A stretch of 64,000 bases of DNA, from contig OX597814.1 of NCBI GenBank assembly GCA_951406725.2, forward strand, positions 26,784,001-26,848,000. Direction: 5' to 3'. Position 1 is the first letter of the stretch. Each line of letters opens with the position of its first letter. Under the pieces are notes generated by a model, which saw only the letters and a program-made list of their open reading frames with translations, ran no database searches and was not told the DNA's origin. This document shows positions 52,737 through 64,000 of this stretch, one piece after another. A program made the position numbers and the translations under genes. The DNA is from Octopus vulgaris (taxonomy: Eukaryota).

Positions 52737-55700
52737 ACATGTGTATGCATGTATATACATATGTACACACACACACACATATACATGCATACATACACAC
52801 AACAGATTTCTGTTTCAAATTTAATTCATTAGACACTGATCAACCTGAGACAAAAGTAGAAGAAACTTGGCCAATATACTATATAAAAATAAAATGTACC
52901 AGAGGTTTTTAAAATTATATACATTTCTTTCTTTTAATTACATTTAATGGGTTGTTCACTTACTGCCATAGAATAATTCCTCATAGGATTTGTTAAAGAA
53001 AAGTCAGCTATCCTCTTTACTACAACCACCAGAAATCATAGATATCATAAAACAGTGCAATTGTTCAAGTGGAAGTTGTTTGTTAGTTTATGCAGTTGAC
53101 CAAGAACTTACACTTACTCTATAGTGCTCATAGCCATTATATGCATATGCACACCCACACACACATATCCTCATCTTCCTTCTTGTTCTTACTTTATCTC
53201 TGCTCCACTTCCATACTCACTCTCCTTCAGTTTCTTTTCTTTTTTCTCTTTCCTACTGCTTCCTTCCCCCACATTCACAGAAAAGAATTTTCATGTTTCC
53301 ATAGACAAAAACTGAAAAAAAACATTATTCTTTATATGATGAAAGTTTTAATCTATAACAACAGGAAAGTTTTCTCCCTATGGCGTATAAACTTTAAAAA
53401 AAAGTTACATTTATACACGTGCATGTGTATGTGTATATTAATTACAAAAATAAAATGGTCAATGGTGCTGAGCTCCCAGCTCGTAGATCCTAAGTTCAAT
53501 TCTAGTGTAAGTGTTTCACTATATACTGGGGTTTACATGTTCCAGCTCATTTAGCTCCAGGAAGAGCATCAATATCAAATCATCCTATAGTAGACCAAAA
53601 AGGAGATTATTTCTCATTTGTTTAATTCACTGAAACCAAAGCTAAGCATCAGTGCTTCAAATGAGACTTCTTTCCTGTCACTTGACTTTAAGAAATAGCA
53701 GCTATATATCTCTCAATGCACATGATACCATTTAAAAAACCAAAAGGACACATTGAGTAACATAAAGTGAGATACTCTGTTTGAAGAGAGACGATGAGAT
53801 GGTCATAGCTGGAATACTTTTAATCATAGATCTGCCTGATGAGAACTGACTTAAAGCACTAACAACTTCTAAAGAAGTATTCACATATATCTATTAGAAA
53901 TACTTACAAATAAGAAAGAATAAATAGAAAGGAATCTTTCACAGAAAAATGGAAATCAAATGTCATCTACAGATAAATGCCCATTACAATTAAGATACTA
54001 AGATACCATCCCATTTATTGCATTTCAATCTCTAAAGATAATGTATTTTAGAATGGAATGAATATCACAGCTTACCACATCCCAATCCTCACAAATCTTA
54101 TGTAATATAACTATTATTATCATCATCAGTGGCAGTATTATTATTAATTCCAATTTAAAGCTGATATAGAAATTACTTCCATAACTTTACATTACTCTTC
54201 TTGTATTTGAGATCATTTTATATAAGCAATTAGTTATTATTTTATTCTCATAATTTTAAGCTTGTTCCCGCATTATTTCCGTCAGCCTAGGCCAGAATCA
54301 ATTAAATACAGACTCAGGCAGTCCAGACAAGACTACCAACCTTAAAGATGATGTTATAGTGGTGGTGGTATTGGTGATGATGGTGAAGATGAGAAAGGAG
54401 GCAGCAAGCTGCTTAATTGTCTCCTCAAGCCAGTATGCTCTCTGTTAATTGGCCACTACTCGTGCCAATTAGCTAGCAACCTCAAATTAAAATTTAAGAA
54501 CTTTTCTGAGTGTAATGTCGACAGAAATAAAATTGATTTTAAGTAGAATCCTCTTGTTTTTAAGCTAGAGTGGGTTAGTTTATCCTTTAATAGGGAGGAA
54601 CAAAATAAAATAAAGAAAAAGAAAGCGTGTCTTTGCAGCTTTTTTTTTTGTTTTGCTTGTTTGTTATTTTGTTTTACTTTAAGTATGTGATAGAAAAAGA
54701 AGAAAAAATAGTAAACTTAAAATAAATATAAATCAAAGCTAAGAATCATAGAATGAACAAATTGCATTTTACTTCTTTCCTGGTTTTTCATTTATTATTT
54801 TACAAATATAAAAGATATATATAAAAAATACATCCTAAAAACTGTGGAAGAACTATTTTAACAACATACAGTATATATATATATATTGAAAGAAAGAATT
54901 TGTCAATGATATTCAGAAGTTTGATAGTGAACTCTTCATCTCTATTTTACTCCTGCTACTAAATTAGGCTGGAAAGACATCAAACATTCATAAGCAGTAA
55001 GTAATTATGCAAAAGTTCTAATAGATATCTAAGATGTCTGTAAGATCTGCCAAAATATGATTATTACAAGCTTGTATTTCTTGTTTTAAAATGCTCCATT
55101 CTTAATGCTTTTTGTTTTATCTCTAAACTTCATAGTAGTTCAAAGAAGGAAATACCCATATGGGGTTTGGTATGGGAGAAAAAAAAAAAAAACATCTGAA
55201 AACTATTGTGACTTGAGACTAGAAAATGACTCAGTGACACAATTACCATTTATTTGTGTAGAAATATTGAATAATAATGTTGCGAGGGCTGAGTACTTGT
55301 TGGTACAATAAAAGAAATGTACCTAATATGTATGACTGAGAAAGAAAAAGATACATTAACATTTTAAGAAAAACAACATATATTTATAGAAATATATATA
55401 ACTGCATAAAGAAATCTTAAAAAACAAAGCAGAAAGGGGAAAAATGATACACTATCAGTAATAATGTCTTTGAAGCAAGAAGAAGCCATGGAAGTAAAAT
55501 TTGCTACAGAAAGAAGCACAACATAAGTTGAGTTCTTAAGAATATTTTGATTTGAAGAATTTTTTTATATTTGCTTCTCCCAATTTTTACCTTTATTATT
55601 TCTTATTCCTAGGCTAGTATTGCTTTTGGCAATGACTGCTCAATTTCAATTAGGTTTCAACAGAATTGCACATTGCAGCTTTTATAAAGAAAGTCAAAAA

Positions 55701-56178
55701 ACGAAAATAAGAAATGAATAGAAAAAGTAGATGAAAGCAAAATTCACAAGATTGTCCTGTGGATAATATTGACATTAATTCCACATTTGCCCTTTTTTTA
55801 TTGTTTTGTTTTGATTCAAAATGCTAGTTTATATTAGATTTTATAATTAGTTTTGTATAATTGTTTAACATGAAGTAGGTTTGTTGTTTTATTTGTTTGG
55901 TCAGTTTGTAAATGAAAAAGTACAAGTCATGTCTCTTTGCTCCTTTCTATTTTTCAGGGTGTGTGTGTGTACACAAACATACATGCATATATACATATAT
56001 ACATACATGCATATATACATACATATATACATACATGCATGCATACATATAGACATACATACGCATGCACTCAAGTATACAGACAATCACTCAGAAGATT
56101 TAACTGATTGGACAAGGTATTCTATTGTCAGTTGGTACAGGTGACAAGTTTTCATATCTGCTATAGACATTTTCTTAC

Positions 56179-56239
56179 CTTTTGGGGCCCAGCATTTCTG
56201 ATTGGGAGAGAAATATGTCAGAGCTTCATGGAATGTCTT
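56179..56239 (-). CDS. Candidate internal exon, 61 nt, phase 0->1: KTFHEALTYFSPNQKCWAPK(G)
   Basis: Acceptor TTTTGTTGCAG|, strong donor AAG|GTAAGA; an internal acceptor TTTCTCTCCCAATCAG| would give a 19-nt form. Confidence 0.3.
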
Positions 56240-56402
56240 CTGCAACAAAATGGTGGCTCATCCCAAGGGAATTTCAAACCCCATCTGATTAATGCTATTG
56301 AACTCAGAGCAACATACTAGCAGAATATGATCCAGTTTCCTCAAGAAACACATATACATTATGTGTGTGTATACATGTGTATATATATGTATGTGTGTAT
56401 GA

Positions 56403-56458
<56 letters not shown>

Positions 56459-57782
56459 TCACACATACAACTATATACATATACATATACAAACATATAC
56501 ATATATGTTTATGTGCACGCACACACACACAGATATATACATATGTACAAATATATACATATATGTGCTTATATACATACATATATTTCATCATCATCAT
56601 CATCATCAATCATATATATATATATATGTGTGTGTGTATATTATATGCTAACTTAATGCAGCAAGCATACTCATTTTAATTAATCAAGTTTATACCCGGG
56701 TTAAAATGAGGTAAACAATGTTCAACAATGTTTAACGAAACCAAATAAAGGCAAGGGAGACAACTTGATACAAAATCCAAATAAAGAAAATTATATTTGT
56801 TTGAAATGAGTTGATGCACTAGAATTCCAGTTAATTAATATAGAAAATAAATAATACAGTAAAGGAAAGGAGAATCTGAGCTTTAGCACACAGGGTGATA
56901 ACAAATGTTATTGATTTTAAAGTGATCACTCCAGATAAATAAAAAGAAACTAAAGACATATTCTATGTAGGAATAGATTTTCGTTTGATTATAATATCTT
57001 AAATGTAACATTATCTATGTTATATCTTAAAGTTGAAAACAAAACTATTTTGTAACCAATTCTCTCAATACTATAACTTTGTTTTGAAAATGGTTTCATT
57101 CTGGGAATCACATTGATGTTTTGAGAAATATATGTGTATAGGCTAGGAAATAATAATAGAAGAAATATATTTTCACGAATTGCATGCACACACATACATT
57201 GAAAGTAAAGCAGGAATTTGTCAAAAGAAATACATTAACTTTTTATTCTTTAATTGGTTTCATTCATTAGACAGAGACCATACTGGAGTACCACATTTAA
57301 TTTGTTTTAGTTGATCATATCTTCCTGTGAAATATTTCAATCTGCTGTCTATAAATATATTGCATGGCTAAGTTAAATTTTTTCCCATAAAGGAATGCAA
57401 TTTGCTGCACCAGATAACACTGGTATATGCAAACACACACCACCCAGGACATTCAGAAACATATTTTGTAATGCTTAGAGTTGTCAAAATATAGTATAAA
57501 CTACCCACAGGGGTTGCTAACTTAGGACAACACTGCATCCTTCAAAAATTCCATGCTTCCTGAAATTCACCAACACTACTCCTGCACCCTTTCCTTTTAT
57601 AGTTCTTTTTACTGTTCAGTTCTCTGTCTTCTTGTGTTTTATTCTTTGTACTGTACATGTATTTCTTGCTATCATTGCTGTCTTCCTTTACTCAACTTAT
57701 TACTGCTTTCTGTCCCATCTTTTACCCTTTTCCAGTGAGTGCATCTGAGTTTTGTACACATTAAGGGCTTTATTTTTAGGCA

Positions 57783-57975
57783 TAATGCTGGCAGCATTGT
57801 TAGAGTCAGACAAAATGGTTAGTGGCATTATTTCCAGCTCTTTACTTTCTGAGTTCAAATCCAGCCAAGGTCGACTTTGCCTTTTATCCTTTCAGGGTCA
57901 CTAAAATAAGGGTACCAGTCAAATACTAGCCACTCATCTAAAAAATTGCTGGCCTTGTACCAAAACTTGAAACCA
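57783..57975 (+). mobile_element. Degenerate SINE family B
   Basis: CTGAGTTCAAATCCAGCCAAGGTCGACTTTGCCTTTTATCCTTTCAGGGTC...GGCCTTGTACCAAAACTTGAAACC. Confidence 0.8.
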
Positions 57976-60900
57976 TCATCATAGTTATTATTGGATACCT
58001 TGAGTTGACTAAAATGACTGGTGTCAGGAAGGACATCTGCTCATAAATCACTGCCTCAAAAAGTATCATCCAACCCACACCAGCAGAAAAAAAACTGACA
58101 TTAAACAATGACAAAAGAAGTCACTATGCATTGATAAATCCAAGACTACAGGATCCATGGATCTGACCTAGAAACATGTAGCTGTAAAGTGGACCTCTCA
58201 ACCTACTGTTATGCCTGCACCTTATATTAACAACTTCTAAATAATATCTTATGTTAGATCTACGATTATAAGTTTTGTACACTGAAGAGAGTAAAAAGGA
58301 TTTAGAAACAGTTATACACAAGAGTAGAAGGTGGTAGATTTTCTCTAGTCTTTTGTTTCTACTGGCTGGAAATAGACAAAGTCATCTAGTTGCTTTCATT
58401 GATTTTCTTTCTTTTTTTTTTACTTTTTATTTTGGCTCTTAGTTTTAGGAGAAACAAAAGGAATAGTTAGACAAGGTGAGTTCTCGTTTTCTTCCTCAAT
58501 GGACAAAGTTAGTAGAAATTCATCAATCAAGGTTTGAGTTGAAGGATTTTCTGTTCAACCATTATCTTAGGCAGTAAAAACCCATTGAAGCAGGAGAGTG
58601 AACATCAGAATTACAGCTGGAAAGATGGCCAGAAAGAAATAAAAGAGGAGTATAGATTTTGAGCTAGAGAATAAATAATGGTGTTTGCTTCATACACATT
58701 TGATATTGAGTGGAAATCTATTGCATTTTACATTGTTTTTATTTTCAGATTTCCATTGCTTGATCATAAATAAAACTGACTGTGTCCTTTTACATTAAGA
58801 ATTGCTATTCTTCTTTCATGAATTTTCTTCCTTTACCAAATTATTTTAGTCATTTTCTTTTAATGATATTGTATTTTAGTTATTTATTGAATGTTCCACG
58901 ATTTGATGATAGTTTGATCTTCTAGTTACTTTGAACTCAACATGATTATACAATTTGTATTCTCACTTCTTCTCTATTTGACATCTGTAAGAAGCACAGA
59001 CATTCAGAGGACATATTTATTGCATTTCTATTTATATTTAGGAAGAAAATTCCTACGTGAAATTTCTTCAATGTCGTCTGATTTTCCTGTTGAAAATTAT
59101 TTTTGATACTTCCAATGAGTAGAACAATGAATTGTTGTTTGCAAGGGGAAATTCTACAAGTTTGGTAATGTATCCAATGAAGTCTTAGATTATTAACCAA
59201 CATATAGAGGTTAAAATAATGTTTGTGAAGCATTTTTATTTCATTTATTTGTGAAAATTAAATGCTTTGCTTGTTTAGTTCTAATCTAGAAAGTAACTGA
59301 TTTATATTCATTAAGCATCTCTATAAGGATTTTGATTTAGCAAAAGACAAGCGACACTATTTATCCTGACAAGAAAATATATCATTTGTCTGATGCTCTA
59401 CAATTTTACTACTACCTGAAATCAGGTATCAAACTAATTGCCATGGTACAAGAGCTTATTAACTCTCTAGAGAAAACAACCTTCCTGAATTGAAATCTAA
59501 ATCATAAGTGCATCAGCCAGTGAAAATTATCCCAGAAAGTGAACGACCTTGATCCCTCTACAAAGATTGTTTATCTACTTTTGAAAATGATCAAGGCTAA
59601 GAGGGTTCAGAAGCAGCAAAGTTAACATTGGTGGGAGAGAGTTGAAACTAACAAAGCAATTTCTCAGGCTGAACATAATAAAAAATAAGTAAATAAAAAT
59701 ACTTAGATAACTGTTTCTTGTAATGTAACTCTTGAAGCAATCCAAGAATGTACTGCTGCTTCACATTTAGATATCCTAGAAGACATCCCAAAAGAGAGCC
59801 ACTTGACAAACTGGCATCAAAGTTGCTCACTAATATTCTCCACCACTGGCTCACAGACATGTCTCATCTCTCTGCCTTTTATTATTTTTACTACAATGAC
59901 TTCTGCTGGCTGTTCTCATGCCACTTAAGGTACACCTTGACTCACTCTTCTCTCCTTTTATTTTCAACGTCCAGCTCCTCAGGCCCTGCACTAACTACTG
60001 CTACATTCACTCACGCTCTCTCTCTCCTCTCTCTCACTCTCTCAAGATGAATATTAATGGTATTAATCTCACTAGTGCTTGCTACTCACTATAACCCATT
60101 TAGATCAAACTCAAATGAAAAGGTTTATTTTTTAAATGCTTAAATTTTTATGGTTATTATCAATATTATTTATGCAATATCTATCAAAATATTTTAACAT
60201 GGATATTCTAGGTTTATTTCTCAACAGTATTGGCAAAAAATTATTTCTTTTCAAAATGTTTCCTTTCTTGAGTTTTATATCCATTTCATCATGCCATCTT
60301 GTGATATTAGACCACATGTTATTGTTTAGCTGAAGGGCAACGCTAACTGAGCTGACCTACAGCATACAGGCAGTTGACCAATTGATAGGTACTACTAACA
60401 GATTTGTTGATCCAGGTATGCCATATCTTCACTTAACTTTAAGTTATATTGCACACTTTGGCCTCTAACATAATTATATGTTTTATCTGAATAGATAACT
60501 TACCTCTTAATCATTTAACCAAAATGTGAGAATGGCAACGCCAGTGTTTCATTAACGTTTAATTTATTTTAACCTTCAGACATTATTCTTAGCTACTAAG
60601 GAGTTCATGAACCTTGAGGTTACTATGCCTAACTTTTCAGCCATTTACCTCTAAGCTAATGAGTAAGTCTCTACATAGTTGCAAGAACTGTTAGAAATAG
60701 AAAGCTAAATCTTCCTCAAATTACATACTACTGCCTTGAAAAAGAACTGCTAAAAATAGAAAACCAAATTTCCCTCAAAGCACACTCTGTCTTAAAAAAA
60801 TAAAAACAATAACATCAAAACAGATAGGACAATCATGTTCCACTTAATTAGAGCTGACCAAAACTAAACAACAGCTACACCAACAACACAATAGCCATTC

Positions 60901-61943
60901 ATCTATTACACCACAGGAAGTAGAACATATTTAAAACAAAGCTGCATACAATGCAATAGTGGCAACATATTCAAAACAGCTACGTCATGTTTAAAATTAT
61001 TGATAATGCATTCTTTGGATAAAATATAAAAAGTACAAAAAAATAAATGGAAAAGATTCCATCAAAACAAGAAATATTTTTTATCCTTCACCCTAACAAC
61101 ATCAACCTTCTATGCTTCTTATTATTTGTGCTAGTCCCTAGAGTTTTGCTTCTGTAGAATACTGGAAACATTGACAGCTCTATTCATAATGTCTTACCAA
61201 TGACAAAGTCTATAGATCTCTATAGATCTCTAAAGAAGAAATACAGTCCAAGCAAGAGGCAATCAAAAGATTATACAGAAACTGTATTGACAATAAGAAG
61301 ATTATGGTGAATAAAAGTACATATATGTGAGTGTAAGTATGCACGTGTACATGTATGTATATACACACATGAGAAATGTGTGTTTATATACATATGTGAA
61401 TACATACGTTCAGACATACACCCACCCACACACTCATATATATGTGTGTGGTGTGTATGTATATATATATATATACATATATATATGCTAACCATAAGTT
61501 TCCACAGTTACTTCTTATCAGTTAAGAATGCCAGCCAGCCAAGCTAAAGAAGTTTGCATGAGTTTTGTTTTTTATTTTATTCAAAAATATGCTAAGATAA
61601 CCATCATTTTAAGGTTTGTCTCTATATTAAGGAACTATAAGGGTATATTCCTGAATTGATTTATTAGATAACTGTCAATCATTTTGTCATCTGTATTCTA
61701 TGGCATTCTTTCTCCCTCAGCTGAAATGCACTATAATTTTTTCCCATACATTTGAAATGTAATACCTAAAGTATATGTGTGCAAGTATATTGTGTGTGTG
61801 TGCATATATATATATACATATATATGCACACACTTTTGTAGGCAGGCACATCTAGACCTATATAAAAACATATATCTACATATACACATCATACAATATA
61901 TACATATTTGTACACATATGAACACACATATATATATATATAA

Positions 61944-61969
61944 ACAGACAGACAGACAGACAGACAGAC

Positions 61970-62005
<36 letters not shown>
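61944..62005. repeat. (GACA)n(GATA)n microsatellite
   Basis: Seen directly. Confidence 0.95.
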
Positions 62006-62006
<1 letters not shown>

Positions 62007-62429
62007 TGAAGAGAGAGAAGAGCGATCATCATCTACAACACTTGTCCAGGCAGGATTTTCTGTGGCCTTTCCTGTTGCCACCCTTCATCTGTTTCCTAGC
62101 AAGTTAATAATTCTCCTAGTCTATTGAACAATGAATAGCCCAAACATGCTTTCACAGATAACTGCAAACAAATTACACATTTCATATGAAGGGTGTCACT
62201 TTGTTTACACCCAGCATGCATATTTCAAAACGTGTCAAGAAGCCCAGACATTCTGAAAAATATTGTCTGTATCAACAGTGATGCTTTATTTGCTATGTTT
62301 ATATATTGCATTTCCTCAAAGCACCAAGTGAACAAGAAAATCACTCTGGGACAGAAAATGTGCCCATTACCCAATGAAAAGTGACTGGCAAAGGAGCAGA
62401 GAATGCATAAGTTTTCTGAGCTCCCCTTA

Positions 62430-62663
62430 TTCAACTTCTCACGTGTTGGTGCAACAAAAAATGCACCCATTACACTCTATAAAATAACTGACAATACAAT
62501 GCCCAATACTAGCTCTTGCAGCTGAAGAAAACAAGCCAAATGACACATATGTAAGAGCTTTAGTCTATGGCTGCAGTAGCTCTCAGTAGGAGATGACCCA
62601 AGCTGTGATGACCTGGCGAATCCATATTAGCAGGGACAGCAGATATTAAAATGATGGTGACGT

Positions 62664-62670
<7 letters not shown>
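62430..62670 (+). mobile_element. Degenerate RTE-tail retroposon carrying a 29-bp foreign insert (62493-62521)
   Basis: GTGTTGGTGCAACAAAAAATGCACCCATTACACTCT matches the RTE tail; the usual AGGAAGGGCATC segment is replaced by a copy of 63964-63992. Confidence 0.65.
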
Positions 62671-62704
<34 letters not shown>

Positions 62705-63950
62705 ATCTCAAAATATTTTACACACTAAATTTGTGTACTTACTGATGAATTGTGAATCAAAAATACCAAAATACACAAGTTTATCTCCTCTCTGTTGTAG
62801 AGTTCTACTTCCCAATGAAGTGCGCCCCAGGAGATCTGTTTTTATATATATTTTATCATCATGTTAATCTATACTGGAATATGTATGATGAGGATGCCTT
62901 GTGGAAGTGTCTTGCTATTATGTATTGTTATTTACTCATGCATATACAGTAAGATACTGAAACTAATCTTCTTTTTCAAACCATAAGATTTATGAAGTAC
63001 ATGGATATTCCATTATAATAAGTGGCTGACAGACTAATCCTTCACCTATGATGTTGGTCTAACACAGTGTCACAGTTAATATTTCTAACTAGAGGAAAAG
63101 GAATCAGAATTGCAAGCTAACACAACTCTGTCACTTCTGCAATGCTGACTCCGTTTACAGCAGGGAATTATGCCACCTTCACACCATGTGGGGTAATCAT
63201 TTCATGCTAAGTGAACTCAGTTTTTTAGTCTGATGTGGTGTCAGAGATAAGTTATAAACAGAGTTTTCTGTTATTCTATGGCTGTGATCATCAATGTTTT
63301 CAAAAATGTAAAAGTGTACTGTTATGTGTGTATGTGTAAAAATATGAATACATTGATGATATTTGACCTTATATTATAATGTACATATCAAAATACCTTT
63401 TCCCATGGTTCATATCTGGCAGCAAATATTTCTGCATTGTGTGTCCTTAGAGAAAGCACTTGAGCAATTTTGATTGGCAGCCAAGTCTGTATCCCCTTGT
63501 AGATTACAATACCAAAACTAAGTAGAGTGTTAACCTACTAGAGTATTCTGTTAATAATGTAAACAAGACTTTACATTACAATTTATATTTACACCATTGT
63601 CTATATAAACAGGTACTTATACATACACCTAAACTATTCAATTCTTTATTGTTTACCACTGTCATCATCATCATCTTCACCATCATCATAGGTCTACTGA
63701 ATCAGGACTGACTAGTATCACACATCATAATCATAATCATCATGGTCCCCATAAAGATATAATTTTCAACTTGGCTTAACCAGATGTTGACTCATTTGTA
63801 TTGACAATAATAGCTGGTGGGTGGCATACCTATCCATCATTTATTATCAACTATTCAATCTCATTATTCTAATTATAATTTTTCTTCTTATTATTATTAT
63901 TATTATCAATATTTTTTCCTATTATAAATATTCGATTCTCACATGACAGA

Positions 63951-63997
63951 TTAAGTAAGCCCGAATACAATGCCCGATACTAGCTCTTGCAGAGAAT
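63951..63997 (-). CDS. Candidate coding end at the window edge: (D)SLQELVSGIVFGLT*
   Basis: CpG-containing non-repeat stretch; CAG at 64000-63998 could be a phase-1 acceptor, but the upstream context is outside the window. Confidence 0.3.
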
Positions 63998-64000
63998 CTG

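Noticed and set aside
61198-61229. 32-nt exon candidate with good splice sites on the minus strand
   Set aside because: Interior is largely a 10-bp tandem duplication (TATAGATCTC x2), two frames are closed, and no compatible partner was established.

Overview
Eukaryotic, very AT-rich, microsatellite-dense DNA. The repeat content (tRNA-derived SINEs, (GAT)n-tailed RTE LINE ends, long TA/CA/TACA/GATA arrays) points to an octopus or other coleoid cephalopod genome; this is inferred, not confirmed by search. Nearly all ORFs in the supplied track are microsatellite or chance artefacts. There are no operons, CRISPR arrays, rRNA or functional tRNA genes. Well-supported content is mostly transposable elements: two copies of a non-autonomous Helitron, hAT and mariner MITEs, Tc1/mariner transposase remnants, RTE and other LINE fragments, many SINEs (one nested, with a perfect 17-bp TSD), a 243-bp near-perfect palindrome, and a Penelope-like (GIY-YIG) remnant arranged as a head-to-head inverted duplication with a fold-back junction. 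Reading splice signals by eye suggests the window is the 3' part of an unidentified large-intron gene on the minus strand. A phase-consistent chain of small exons (37231-37178, 30041-29998, 27485-27438) reads GTASPSTTPSVIKQNEFF-DIFVNTINVDDFKAK-NYKKMKMANFAADSF*. Several other candidate phase-1 alternative last exons are scattered across the window. All exon calls are hypotheses needing RNA-seq, and boundaries of degenerate repeats are approximate.
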